64,000 nt of DNA from contig NC_135893.1 of NCBI RefSeq assembly GCF_964194155.1, forward strand, positions 23,560,001 to 23,624,000, written 5' to 3'. Source of the DNA: Cetorhinus maximus. Its lineage: Eukaryota. The notes beneath the pieces were generated by a model, which worked only from the letters and a program-made list of their open reading frames with translations, was not told where the DNA came from and did no database searches. A program made the position numbers and the translations under genes. How positions within the stretch are numbered: the stretch's first letter is position 1; each line of letters begins with the position of its first letter. Positions 1-12,069 of this stretch are shown piece by piece.

Positions 1-93
1 AATCTGTGACCGGTTCTTTCTCCTGCTTTCCATCACTGCTCTGCGTCTCTAGCCCTGTTTGTGAGGCAGGATTGGAGTAGTTAGACGGAGACA
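1..93 (-). CDS. zbtb17: ZBTB17 probable third coding exon (partial, continues past window edge)
   Basis: Minus-strand acceptor ttttatacag| at 94-95. With phase 1 from the previous exon it reads VSPSNYSNPASQTGLETQSSDGKQEKEPVTD, open to the window end. This is low-complexity linker, so there is no strong homology check. Confidence 0.6.
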
Positions 94-274
94 CTGTATA
101 AAACTACAAATTATTTCTACTCGCTCTCTGAATAGTTTTAAGAATTTGTACAGGAAGAAAGAACAGGATAGGGGTTTAAAATGCCTCTGACCTTTTTGTC
201 TCTTTCATACATACCACGAGCCGAAGGAAAAGGCTCCTCTTTGACGATAGCCAGGGATGGTGTGTAGGACTTAC

Positions 275-409
275 CTTCAATGAAAGTGGTACAGGTGCTG
301 ACAATGTCGTGCATCTGAAGAAAGCCAGCCACTGCATGTACGTCAAAAACATTCACCGAAGTCAGGTTCAGCTTGGCTGTGTACATGAATTCTAACACCT
401 GGCCGAGAC
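275..409 (-). CDS. zbtb17: ZBTB17 (Miz-1) second coding exon, C-terminal half of BTB/POZ domain
   Basis: Encodes GLGQVLEFMYTAKLNLTSVNVFDVHAVAGFLQMHDIVSTC, matching Miz-1 BTB (GLGQVLEFMYTAKLSL...FLQMQDI). Acceptor ctttctcatag|, donor AG|GTAAGT at 274. Confidence 0.92.
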
Positions 410-817
410 CTATGAGAAAGGATCTCAGATCACTGCACGCTATTACCACTTAGGAGTTCAGTCCACCCCTGGTAGCACGTGATTATACCCCGGCTAACCA
501 GTCATCAAGCCACATTAATTTCAAACGTTTCAATCTATTTCTCAGTGAGTCTCAAATACAAGCTAGATATTTCACCTCATCTAACCAAGCAAAGCTATTG
601 AGGCTGTGCTTCAGATTGTTTTGTACTTTTGAACAATCCAACCAGAAGGCTGCCCAGCTCATCAACATAAACTTTTCTTGCATCATGTCACTGCTAGCAC
701 AGTTCATAAATACAATCTCAAGTTAGATATTTTCCCTCCCTTCCCCTCCTGGATTGGGAACAAGTCCAAGTGTGCCAGCTTCCTTCATCCAAGTGATCAC
801 TCTTCATATATACCAGC

Positions 818-1070
818 TTTTATTGCCCATCCCTAATTGCCCTTGTTCAGAGGGCATTTAAGAGCCACACGTCGGCCAGACAGCAGATTCCCTTCCCTAA
901 AGGACATTAGTGAACCAGATCGGTTTTTATGACAATCAGCAATGGTTTTGAGGTCATCATCAGACTTTTAATTCAAGATTTTTACTGGATTCAAATTTCA
1001 CAATTTGCCGTGCATTACCCTGGGTCTCTGGAATACTAGTCCAGTGACAATACCACTATGCCACCGCACT
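818..1070 (-). mobile_element. HE1-like tRNA-derived SINE
   Basis: Minus-strand head GGTGGCATAGTGGTATTGTCACTGGACTAGT and tail GGCAATTAGGGATGGGCAATAAA. The tail is shared with the LINE 3' ends at ~5.65 kb and ~62.4 kb. Confidence 0.7.
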
Positions 1071-1526
1071 CCTAATGCAGTACTGAGAGAATGCGGTATT
1101 TTGGATGAGACATTCAGCTGAGGCCCTGTCAGCCTTCTCAGGTGGATATGAAAATATCCTATGTCACTACTCGAAGAAGAGCAGAAGGGTATTTCTGATG
1201 TCTTGGTCAATACTTATCCCTGAACCAACAACAAAGATATGCCATATGGTAATTTATTTCCTTTCTATTTATGGGGCCTTTCTGTATGAACAGGCCTTTT
1301 CTAGCCTGTGGAGCTCAGCCTCACACTGAGTGCATATACCCAGAGAACCATAACAACCTTCTGAAAATAGAACAGGGGAAATTAAATAGACCCCTGGTTC
1401 AGAATGTTCGACGTGAATTACAGCATCAGGCTGTTGGTGATATTGGCTTTAATCCATGCTGGCCCTAATGGCTTTACATCTCCTCTGCACTGTGAGCATG
1501 TGCCCCCGCATCTGCCAGATTCTCAC

Positions 1527-1731
1527 CTGCTGCATTGCTGATGTCCAGGTGCACCACATCTTTCTGGTCCAGGAACAAAGTCCTGAAATACTCGCTGCAC
1601 GCGGCCAGCACTGCCTTGTGTGCCTTAAAGTCGATGCCATCCACGACAAAGGTGCAGTCGCAGAGCAGCCCGAGGTGCCTCTGTTGATTCAATTGCTCCA
1701 GAACCTGGTGACTGTGCTGTGGAAAATCCAT
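1527..1731 (-). CDS. zbtb17: ZBTB17 (Miz-1) first coding exon, N-terminal BTB/POZ domain
   Basis: MDFPQHSHQVLEQLNQQRHLGLLCDCTFVVDGIDFKAHKAVLAACSEYF...DISNAA(G) is nearly identical to the vertebrate ZBTB17 N-terminus. Acceptor with polypyrimidine tract lies 2 nt before the ATG (exon starts 1733); donor G|GTGAGA at 1526. Confidence 0.96.
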
Positions 1732-2814
1732 CCCTGGGCGAGGAGAAAAAAAAGATCAGCTGGAGTCACAATACAAGTTTTGTTGAACTGCATGACATCT
1801 GGGCTGTGCCATCACCTTGGTTATTTAGTGTTCTGGTTTCTAACAGATCATAGGAAATGTCACAGTTTTGACAATACTAGAAATTTCTACATCAATTCAG
1901 GCTACTAAGGTTGGTTCATGACACTCGCATTTGGCTACCTAGTTGACTTGCAGCAAATGAATTAATTTTCTGACAGAAAATATTGAGCTGACCAAGATTC
2001 ATATCTATAAACAAAGGGATATTTGGGATTTTTTCAATGGATGGACTGAAGATTATATATAAACGATTGGCAGGTTTCACTGCATTTTAAAGTTGAAAGG
2101 GTCCCACAGAATAAAACATTCCTAATTCTGCATTAAATTGGCTTTCTCACTCAGAGAGGCCACTGAATGAGCGATGTAAGAAATGGATTGTCTTCTAAGG
2201 TTGGGGCCAAAGAAAGCTTTACCCTGCATTTATCCCTTGCTAACCTGTAACTGCTTGGTGGGACACTATAGAGAGCTTTACATTGTAGCTAATGATCCTA
2301 TACCTGAACTTAAGTGCTTGATGCCGATATTGGTGTCCAAAATGGAAAATATTCTATTCCTCAGCAACACCCCATGCTTTGAAAAGTCACAGCACCAAAA
2401 AAAGCTTAACAATTACAAACCTGCAGCTCTGTTTCTTCACATGTAATGCCAGAGCATTTTACCTGCTCACTAAGGATCTGTATATAGGAACTGTGATTGG
2501 CATTTGTAACAGAGTTATACTCCTCTTAAGCCAGCACACAATGAGTCAATGCTATTCGGGTGATGGGAAGGAGGAGGAGAGAGAAAGTGGGGACCCGAGT
2601 CAATTGGTGCTGCTGCTTTCTAAATGGGCTTGCTTCTCAATGGACAGCTCAACTCTGCGAGTATATTGGTCAGAGGCAGCCCCTCCCAATAAAGGTACAT
2701 GGCCACCCTGGGGAAATGAAAGCTGATAAGGCTGGGGTTATCCCATGACTGAAGGTTTGCCAACAACAGAAAAAAGGATCCTGAGATTATACTCTTTCTG
2801 TGCTGTGGAAACCA

Positions 2815-3240
2815 ATGACTTGCATTTACATATCACCTTTCACAACCCTGGGACAACCTAATGAGCTTTACAGCCAATTAAGTACTTAGAAAATGTTCTG
2901 ATATAGGAAATATAGCAGCTAATATGCACACAGCAAAATCCCACAAATAGCGATAAGATAATAGCGATGTTGGTTGAGGAATAAATATTGACCAGGACAC
3001 TGGAAAGAATTGCCCTGGTCTTCTTCGAACAGTACGATGGAACCTTTTATGTCCATCCGAGAAGGCAGACAGGGCCTTGGTTTAATGTCTCACCTGAAAG
3101 ACAACACCTCTGACAGTGCAGCACTCCCTCAGTACTGTACTTAAATGTCAGCCTAGATTTTTGTGCTCAAATCTCTGGAATGGAACTTGAACCCGCAACC
3201 TCCTGACACAGAGGCAAGAGTGCTACCATTGATCCATAAG
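2815..3240 (-). mobile_element. Deu-domain-like (SacSINE1-type) tRNA SINE
   Basis: Minus-strand tRNA-like head (GGTAGCACTCTTGCCTCTG...GGTTCAAGTTCCA), core GACAGTGCAGCACTCCCTCAGTACTG and AAATGCAAGTC tail; similar copies recur through the window. Confidence 0.7.
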
Positions 3241-3249
3241 CAGTCATAC

Positions 3250-3317
3250 TGGCTTTTTCCATAAAAGAAGTCTGAGATTTCGCTGTTCCTTTCCGAAGGA
3301 TGGATCTCTGTTTTTAC
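3250..3317 (-). other. zbtb17: Candidate non-coding 5'UTR exon of ZBTB17
   Basis: Minus-strand ttttacacctttcctgtaag| acceptor and |gtatga donor bracket 68 nt of non-repetitive sequence. Splice signals only. Confidence 0.25.
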
Positions 3318-4064
3318 CTTACAGGAAAGGTGTAAAATGGTCAATTACTGTTCCCTTAACCAGAACCTTCTTACAAGTAAAGTTTACATGGCCCCTCATG
3401 ACTGTAGATATATTGTCTGGAAAGCCTGGCTGAAGGGTTTCCTGACTACCCCAATCGCACGTGACAGAAATACGACCACTCTAGAACTTTGAAGCGAGCG
3501 CAAATATCTGAAGAGCCAGTGATATCTATTTCCATGTCACAATTCACCAAGTACATAGCAGGGGATCCACAGAGACACGGTAATCAATCAAGCTATTGCG
3601 AGCAGCTTGGCCTGCCCTTTGCTTTTCATTTGTAGGTGTTCAATATCGCTGGAGAAAATTGAGCACCGGCCTCCTTGATCAAAAAGACAGCCATTGTTGC
3701 AAATTTTTGGGTCCGCCCCAGATATTCTCTCATTTTCAGTATCACCTGTCGCTCCCATAAAAAGACCTAATGTGCTCAATGATCTGGAATGCACCTTTAC
3801 ATTTCAATATCTAATTATACAATAAAATGAGGCAGTTGTAACTGTAAGATATAAGATATATGTACTGGATCCTGTGATCTCACACCACACCCCATATCTA
3901 TTACACCTGTCTTCCGGCAGGCCGACTACAAAAACACATAACTGAAAAGAATATCCGAAACACAATCAGATTTATCTATTTCCATCACTGCAGAACAGTA
4001 AAAATAAGAAATTATGCAAGATTTGCCTTTAATATGAGCCTCCATTCACTTTACTGGTTGGTAT

Positions 4065-4555
4065 CACAAAGCTGTGAAGAGGACACAAAGCGGTTGCACA
4101 GAGATATGGACAGGTTAAGTGAGTAAGCAACAAGGTGGCAGATTGAGTATAATGTGTGGAAGTGTGAGGTTATTCACTTTGGTCATAAGGATAGAATATA
4201 GATCCAACTAGGTGCAGGTCAATGGGACTAGTGGAATAATATTTCGGCACAGACTAGAAGGGCCGAGTGGCCTGTTTTCTGTGCTGTAGTGTTCTATGGT
4301 TCTATAGAACAACCCTCTTATCCCAGGGAGCAATCTAGTGAACCTTCACTCTACCACCTCCAATGCAAGCATATTCTTCCTTAAAAATGGAGTCCAAAGC
4401 TGCACACACTCTGGTCTCACCAAAGCCCTGTACAATTGTAGGTAGACTTTTTTATTCTTGTACTGCGATCTCCTTGCAATAAAGGCCAACATGCCATTTG
4501 TATTCCTGATTGCTTGCTGTACCTGCATGCCAACTTCCTGTGTTCCTTGTAAATG
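4065..4555. mobile_element. CR1 LINE fragments in both orientations
   Basis: Plus-strand RT remnant (LHRDMDRLS...KCEVIHFG) plus 3' tail, then a minus-strand QVQQAIRNTNGMLAFIAR...LYRALVRP piece. Confidence 0.8.
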
Positions 4556-5619
4556 TTGACATTCAGAGAGTGTACTCATACTAGAACCACCAACTCACTT
4601 TGGAGTTGCCCTTCTGAAACTGGTGAATATGACTATTTAAGGTGCACGTGCCCACACCGTTCCAGATGCAGCTCCATCCACAAGGACGATCTAATGAACC
4701 TGAAAACCATTAAGGAATCTCACTGACATCAATGGCTCTCAGGGTTAACACCAAGCATATCAAATATTTGAGGACTGTGGAATAATATCTCTCATCAGGA
4801 ATGTAAAGTACAAGTGACACCTTCATTAGTGATCAGAGCAAATTGTCAGATTTAGGGACAACCGTGATTTTCAAAAGGTTTCAACCAAATAATATCCGTG
4901 AGGAAACTGGAAATGAAGGGAAAGCCAAATCATGAATTTTATCTGGAATGTTTGCACTGGCTACAAGATCCATGCAAGAATAGATGGCAACTGAAGCTTT
5001 CTCTAATTCAACAATAGGCATAGCTGTCCACTGTCAATCATCCTAATTGATGTCTTCAGGATATATTTGGAGTGTATGCTGCAAATGTTTCTGATGATAT
5101 TGCCATACTCCTTTTCTTAGATATGTTCATGGATTCAACTGAAGTTTTAACCAGCATCTTAATCAATGGTCTAATCAGTGGGATTTGGTGGTAGTGTGAG
5201 TGTCATACTACAGCTTTGCACAGCAGAAGTGGGAATTTCAGACACTGATTGGTAGATACAAGAGTATCTGTTTCTACTATTGACTCATATCGGGATCTGA
5301 TGTCAACTTCAACCTAAACAAAGCTCTTATAACACTCAGGAATAACAATGAATGCTTGGAATAGTCGCTTTCCAGTGTTAAAACTTTTCACAATACTGAC
5401 CAGGGCCTTGAAGTAGATGGTGCTGTTTTAAGTAGCCTGTTTCAAGTTTCTAAAATATTAAAATCACACTAAAAATTCATTTCCCATTTGCTTTTGTAAG
5501 TCAATATAGGTCTGATATTATAGAGATTTTCAATGAGTTTTCATCAGCAACAAACATCATAGCTTGAGCCTCTGTCCCACTCTAGTTCAGACCTTGGCAA
5601 AAAGCAGAATCCCCTACTT

Positions 5620-6490
5620 TTTAAAAATTCTTTCATGCGATGTGGCTAGCCCAGCATTTATTGCCCATCGCTAGTTACCCTTCAGAAGGTGGTGGTGAGC
5701 TGCCTTCTTGAACAGCTACAGTCCATGCAGTTTATGTATACCCACAGTGCTGTAGGAAGTTCCAGGATTGTGACCCAGTGACAGTGAAGGAATGGCAATA
5801 TTGTTCAAAGTCGGGATGATTTGTGACTTGGAGGGGAACTTGCAAGTGGTGGTGTTCCATGCGCCTGGTGCCCTTGTCCTTCTTGTGGGTTTGGAAGGTG
5901 CTGTTGAAGGAGGCTTGGTGAGTTGCTGCAGTGCACCCTATAGATGGTACACACTACTGCCACTGTGCATCAGTGAGGGAGTGAATGTTGAAGTTGGTGG
6001 ATGGGCTGCCAATCAACCAGGCTGCTGAGTTACTCACCACAGAACTGCCAGCCTCTGACCTGCTCTTGTAGCCACAACATTTATATGGCTAGTCCAGTTC
6101 AGTTTCTGGTCAATGCCAACACTCAAGATGTGGATAGTGGTAGATTAAGTGATAGTAATGCCATTGAATGTCAAGGGGAGACAGTTGGATTCTCTCTTGT
6201 TGAAAATGGTTATTGCTTGGCACTTGCATGTAACTTTCCACTTATCTGACCAAACCTGAATGTTGGCCAGGTCTTGCTGCATATGGATATAGACTGCTTC
6301 AGTGTCTGAGGAGTCACGAATGGTACTGGACATTGTACAATCATCAGCAAACATCTCCACTTCTGACCTTATGGTGGAGGGAAGGTCATTGATGAAGCAG
6401 CTGAAGATAGTTGGGCCTAGGACAATACCCTGAGGAACACTTGTAGTGATGTCCTGGGACTGGGATGATTGATCTCCAACAACCACAACC
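5620..6490 (-). mobile_element. 5'-truncated CR1-clade LINE (HER1-like)
   Basis: ORF 6145-6486 has RT motifs VPQGIVLGPTIFSCFINDL and MFADDC; its 3' tail matches the HE1-like SINE tail. Confidence 0.85.
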
Positions 6491-7464
6491 TACTGTTGAC
6501 AATAGGACATTTTATCTCAATACCAAACACTAATCTGCAGTCCAGGAAAACTGTTGTGGCCAAGAACATCTTCGCTTGTCTATTCTCTGTTGTGGACTCT
6601 GATGGACAAAGTTTTTCCTCATTACGTTTCATGTCATGTTGGAGATGGCAGTTTATTGAGTCATAGAGTTATGTAGCACAGAAACAGGCCCTTCAGCCCA
6701 TCGTGTCCATGCCGGCCTTCAAGCACCTATCTCCGCCGATGCTGCCAGACCTGCTGAGTTTTTCCAGGTAATTCTATTTTTGTTATCTATTCTAATCCCA
6801 GTTTCTTCTGAACCACTCCTAATTAAACATTCAAGATTTGTTATCACAATACTGATGGTCCTGAATTTAGCAGATCAAAGATCAGCATCTTCAAATGTTT
6901 TGCTTCCTCTCCTCGTCTGCCTGTTATTACCCCTCTCCCTCCACATGCATGTCTATTAATTACATCTATCATTCTCTCTCCCCTCGTGTTTAATTGTCCC
7001 TATGTTCTGGTATCTCCCTGTAGATGACCCTTCTCTCTGTCCCTGCTCGCCCCACCCTCGTGCCTGTCTGTTTACCGAACTTTATCTAAATATTTCCCTA
7101 TTTATTGACACTCTGCCCTGGCATTTCCTTATTCGTTGCCCCCACCCCTGGTATCTCTCTGATTATTGATCATCTGCTCTTTCGTTCCTGCAGAGATAAC
7201 CTGGTAACCCTCCATTATTACCCCTCTGTTTATTGGCCGTCTATCAATTGATCAGTGTATTGGCGTCTCTGGGCTCCATTAACCCTCTCTGTATCTATTG
7301 ATCCATGCATTGTTTGAGCGCGCCTGGCGGACCCTGCCTCATCTCCATGATGGCGGCGGGAGGCGAGTCCGCGGCCTCCTTCTACTCCTCTGCCTCAGAG
7401 CGCCCTTTCCTCCAGTCACTTTCTCAGGCGCGCTGCCATTTCCCCACTCCAGTCTAAACCTCAC

Positions 7465-7620
7465 CTTTCTCGCCCCACGGGCTGTTGCTGGGTCCCGGCT
7501 CGATTTCCCCGCCCTTTCTTGGGCCTGCTATCGAGGTTTGTCGCGCTCGCCGTGCTGCTGCTTCGGGCTAGCTGGGCCCTGCCGCCGCCGCCATCTTTTC
7601 ACTCTCAGATCGATTGCTAT
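7465..7620 (-). other. zbtb17: Probable non-coding first exon of ZBTB17 (5' end approximate)
   Basis: Lies in the CpG island. Minus-strand donor AAG|GTGAGG at 7464; YY1-type AAGATGGCGGC motif near 7587-7597. The ATG exon begins with an acceptor, so an upstream exon is required. Confidence 0.6.
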
Positions 7621-7846
7621 AGCCGGGGCTTCCCGCAGCCACCAGGGCGCATGCGCCTGAGCCGGCACGCTCAAAGGACTGAGTTGGAACTGGGCAGCAG
7701 TGCGCATGCGTGACTCGGTTGTCCGTCGGCACTTTGGTGCCGTGTCGGGCGCCTGCGCATTTCTGGCTGGCGGCGTGTTGCGCCTGCGTACAGAGTATTT
7801 GACGCGTGCGCCGTGCGGCCGGGGGCGAGTGAGCCGAGAAGCTAAA

Positions 7847-7897
7847 ATGGAAGATGAGGAAATCGCGGATAATTGGGAGGAAGCGGCCGATAGTGGG
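7847..7897 (+). CDS. szrd1: SZRD1 exon 1
   Basis: MEDEEIADNWEEAADSG matches the SZRD1 N-terminus (MEDEEVAESWEEAADSG); donor GG|GTAAGG. Confidence 0.95.
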
Positions 7898-10414
7898 GTA
7901 AGGAGCGGCGGATGAAGCCACGGTGAGGCTGGGGCTTCTTCAAAACAGGCCTCGTGGTTTGTCGACGAGGTTAAATAGTTTTCTCAAGGCCTGAGAGTTA
8001 AGTAGGAGCGGAGTGTGCAACAGTTAAAGGGTCCCAGTGAGTGTCGGCCACAAGTGTGGGGTTAGGCAGCAAGGGGAGCGGCATGTGTGAGAGAGCAGGA
8101 GGTGGGGGCAATAGAGCAGGGCAAGGCCTAGGTCTGCAATAGCTTAGAACCGCCACACTCCACTAGCTAATCAGTGCCGGCAGCAGGAGGGAGACTAAAT
8201 ATCGTAACATGACCAGAAAAGGCATTGGGAACGAGTGATGCGGATTCCAGAGCGACAGAGGTAATGTATCCACTGCAAGGGGAGGCGCGGTCTTTGCCAA
8301 CTCCCAGAAGTGGAGAGGCTGATCTCCTACGTCTCTCTCTCTGGGGAAAGGTGAGGGGATAATGTTGATGACTTTTCCAATGAAAATAACTGGAAGGGAA
8401 ATAAGTGCTTCTCAGAATAAATTAATGCAGAGTTTAGTTTTTGGAAGGCAGTGGGGTTTGGGGTATTGTTTAAATCGGGTTATAGTGGAACAATCTGTGG
8501 CATTCACTTGATTGAAGTATTCTCGGTTGTCTGGATTCCAAACTAAAGGCCTCTCGAGAAGTTTATTTTACCTTTACCCCCTCAACGTTATTTATCGATT
8601 AAGTTTTCTAGCACGGTTTTTCAAATGGAACAAGAATTATTTTTCTGCAGTGGGAAGAGAGTACAAAAAATGCCTTACTTGTAAGCACCTTTTGAAAAGA
8701 AATCAATGTATGCAGCCCATTCTTCAACGTGCCAGAAACTTAATTATTGCGATCAGGCATCTTCAGAATCCTGCCCAGCAGCCTACAGAAGATGTCAGTA
8801 TTTTAGATAAGTTGTGCAATAAAATTGCAGTGTCCTAGGAATTGAGCTTCGTTTGTAACATCGGATATGGGATTATCTACTTTGGTGTAATTTACACCAT
8901 TGTCAATAGTCATGTTGCATGAAGTTTATGATCCAGAGTTTTCAAAAACCCCTAGTTGAAGGGGCAGGCTGCAGGCCTGCATTTACATGTTGATCAAAGC
9001 TTATACATTCTTTAATGACCTGTTTTGAAAATGTACTAAATTATCCGTCACCTCTCATAAGAAAAGCAGAGTTTTCTTGTTTACAGGAAGGTAACTAAAC
9101 CGAGAAATTCACCAGCGTCTTAGACATAGATTTAAATTCTCACTCCTCTGTCCTGACAAATGGGCAAAATATAGATTTTTTTTGAACAACATTTAAGGTG
9201 GTTACGCAACTAATTTAAAGTCTTAATAAAGCTTAGTGTATTGTGTGGTAGCCTCAATTATTTGAAAGTTATAAACTTGTTCTGGGAGCCTTATCTGATG
9301 CAGCATTGAGAGCTCACATAGCGGAATCATTTTCTAGTACAGGGCCCCCTTTGAAATCCCTCACGTCAGGATGTGTTAGCAGTCAGGTCCAGAGAATGTT
9401 ATGGAAGGCCCATTTAGTGCTATCAGCGGTCAATGCTCTTTCTGAATTGAGAAGCCCAGATTAAGGATAAAGGATCATAGTGTACAGCACCCTCAAGGCT
9501 AGAAACAATAAAAAGGGAAAGACAGGGAGGTGCAAAGTTCCAAGGTTATGAGTCCCTCGAAGAAAATGTTTGTGCTAAATATGGCTGATTGTGTTTTAAT
9601 GTGCAATGTCACATTGATTATTCATGAGTATTTTCACAAATAAAAAAGAGAGCAATATAATTCGCCAAAAAGATCAGCTAGGATGTGACAGCTGATACTT
9701 CTCTCCTAACAGCAATAATGGTGCCCCAGTTACAAAGCTTGGTGCTAATGGTAGTATGTGTTCACCTTCAGTGATCTTGCCAGCAAGATCTCTAGATCTG
9801 CCAGCTTTAAAATCAATACAGAGCCTGCTTGATTAAATGCACTCCTGAGATTGCTCTGTATGGGTTTTAAAGTTGGCAGGTTCACTGAGAATGGTACTGT
9901 AAGCACTGCCAACATGACTATATGCTGCCTTTAAAATTATCCCTGTAGCGGGGAGGAGAATCAAAGTTGGTTTATAAGAATGGTTTTGACTGGGTGTCTG
10001 ATAGTTGGTGGTGCTGCTGAATGCATTAGGAAGTGGAGCTGCATAATTAGCTGTTGCTGCAGGGAATCTTTCCAGGAGCTAAGGTCTGTTGGCATGATCT
10101 GAGGCATGTGGATAGGTAAGACAGTGCCAAAGCAGTTTACCTTATTTTCGACATTCTTGATTATCTGCTAGAATGTTCCGTTCATTATAGCTGATAATTG
10201 AGGTTCCACCACAGACATAACAAGGTCAGTACAAAGAGAATGTGGCAGCATGGTTTCCTCCTCCAATTTTATATGCAAGATATCCAGTTGTATTCTTATT
10301 TCTTGTACCTGGACTCTGGGAGGTTGAATAGTTTGATTGTCAGTTACATTGCACTCTCTGGGCTTCTGGAGAAGACGGCAGCTGGTTGTAAAATAATAAC
10401 AGTGAATATTGGAA

Positions 10415-10645
10415 ATAAAAACAGAAAATGCTGGAAAAACTCAGCAAGTCTAAATGCATCTGTGGAGAGAGAAATTGAGTTAACATTTCAAGTCTGTATG
10501 ACCCTTCTTCGGAAATACTGCAAATACTCTGAATCAATAAGCAGCTTTCAAGTTTTCACTCCTGTAACAGTAAATTCTCTTCTCTCTAGAGATACTGATT
10601 GACTTGCTCAGTGATTCCATTATTTTCTGTTTTTTGCTTTGCTAC
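10415..10645. mobile_element. Inverted pair of Penelope pLTR-derived segments
   Basis: Left arm TGCTGGAAAAACTCAGCAAG...TGTGGAGAGAG matches 34200-34280; the right arm is a decayed reverse complement. Confidence 0.65.
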
Positions 10646-10899
10646 AATATTTTTCCACTTTCATTTTTAAAAAGTTCCTGATTACCCTACAAGCATCAAA
10701 AGTTCAGAGTGCTGACTGTAAAGTCATCCATTAAAATAAGGAAATGTTACAGTGGGGCAAGAGAAAAATGTTTGTAGCTAGAGGTAAAAGATAGTTGCCT
10801 ATTGGACTACAAAGTTCTCCAATCTGGTCCGGGCATGTGTAGGAATTGTTATGGGAGCAATATTCTATTCTTGGGCTTTGTAGAATTAAAAGGCTTGCA

Positions 10900-11270
10900 A
10901 CAACTTGCTATCACACCTTTTGGTTATCCGAAAGTGCTTTTCGTACAATTAATTACTTCTTGAGTGCAGTGACTGTTATGTCTGCATGCACGCCAGCTAT
11001 TTTCCACAAACAGCAATTGAATGAATAAACGGTTAATCTGCTTTTGATAGTTTTGGAAGAGGGAATGATCTTGGCCAGGGCACTGAGAGCTTGCTACTGT
11101 TTAACTAGTGCCATGGTTTTATGTTTTCACTGAAGGACAGCACCTCAAACAGTGTCGACACAGCAGTGAAAGAGAAGCTGCAATGTCAATATTAGATGTG
11201 CTCAAGTTCTGGAGTGGGACTCGAACCTGAATTTGTGGCGAGTGCACCAGTTGAACCAAGCTGACACTAA
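10900..11270 (-). mobile_element. Deu-like SINE, decayed
   Basis: Same head and tail motifs as 2815-3240 (GTGCTCAAG..CTGGAGTGGGACTCGAACC). Confidence 0.6.
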
Positions 11271-11404
11271 AGAGCTATTGAAAACAAAAGAGTCTGCCAT
11301 GAAAGTTGTGACCAAGCTTCTTGGAAGATGCTTTAGCAGAGGAGGTGATCGTAGAATGCAATCTCCTAGTAACTGGCTGATTAGTTCATCAAGTTTGCCC
11401 TGAT

Positions 11405-11630
11405 TAAAAACAGTAAACGCTGGAAGTGGTCAGGTCTTGTAGTGTCTGTACAGAGAGAAACAGGGTTAATGTTTCAGGTCAGTGATCTTTTGTCACAACT
11501 GATGAACTGCCAGTTCTGATGAAAGGTCATCAGCTTGAAGCATTTACTCTTTGTATCTGCACAGATGCTGCCAGACTTGCTGAGTATTTCCAGCATTTAC
11601 ATTTTTTTTATTTCCGATTTCCAGCATTCA
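11405..11630. mobile_element. Palindromic Penelope pLTR-derived element
   Basis: Arms of ~100 bp are reverse complements centred near 11505; the right arm CAGATGCTGCCAGACTTGCTGAGTATTTCCAGC matches the PLE end. Confidence 0.7.
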
Positions 11631-12069
11631 GTATTTATCTGCAATTCTGCAATGCAGCCTAATTCTGCAATGGTTGTTTTTAAATATAAGAGTTACTATT
11701 TGGGGCTTGGCGAGGTAATGAGGTCTAGAGTACGAACAGATGAAAGTGGCTGTTAAACTTGCAAGAGACATGTAGAAACTGTGTCTTAAGAATTGAAACA
11801 AGCAAGATTTTTCTTCCTCCACTCCATCCCCCTGCCCCCCGCCTCAGAGGACACTGAGGAAATCGAGGTGTGGTGATTTAAGCGCAGCACTGCAGGATAA
11901 ATGGAGGCTAAGTACTGAGGGCATGTGATCTGCAGGAAATGGAACGTAGTGTAGAATTAGCAGAAGAGTGAATAGGGTTGCATGGTGAGTGGGAGAGATA
12001 ATGAGTGGGTGAAACTGGGTTAATGCAAAGGAGAAAATTAACCTTCAACCACAACACATAGTGAAACCA

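Larger units (their letters stand above)
7300..7960. promoter_or_regulatory. CpG-island bidirectional promoter ZBTB17/SZRD1
   Basis: High CpG density against a CpG-poor background. NRF1-type motifs: GCGCATGCGC 7647-7656, TGCGCATGCG 7701-7710, GCGCCTGCGCA 7749-7759, TGCGCCTGCG 7779-7788. YY1 motif GCCGCCATCTT 7587-7597. Divergent genes on either side. Confidence 0.85.

Noticed and set aside
138-274. Read-through of the ZBTB17 BTB exon to a stop at 138 (BTB-only isoform)
   Set aside because: A perfect AG|GTAAGT donor at 274 and a downstream in-phase exon explain it as intron; no evidence for retention.
1456-1908. 150-aa plus-strand ORF
   Set aside because: Antisense shadow of the ZBTB17 BTB exon; no independent homology.
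7298-7921. Several 64-120 aa ORFs in the CpG island, including an in-frame upstream extension of SZRD1
   Set aside because: Expected in stop-poor GC-rich DNA; the upstream ATG at 7706 lies inside an NRF1 promoter motif.
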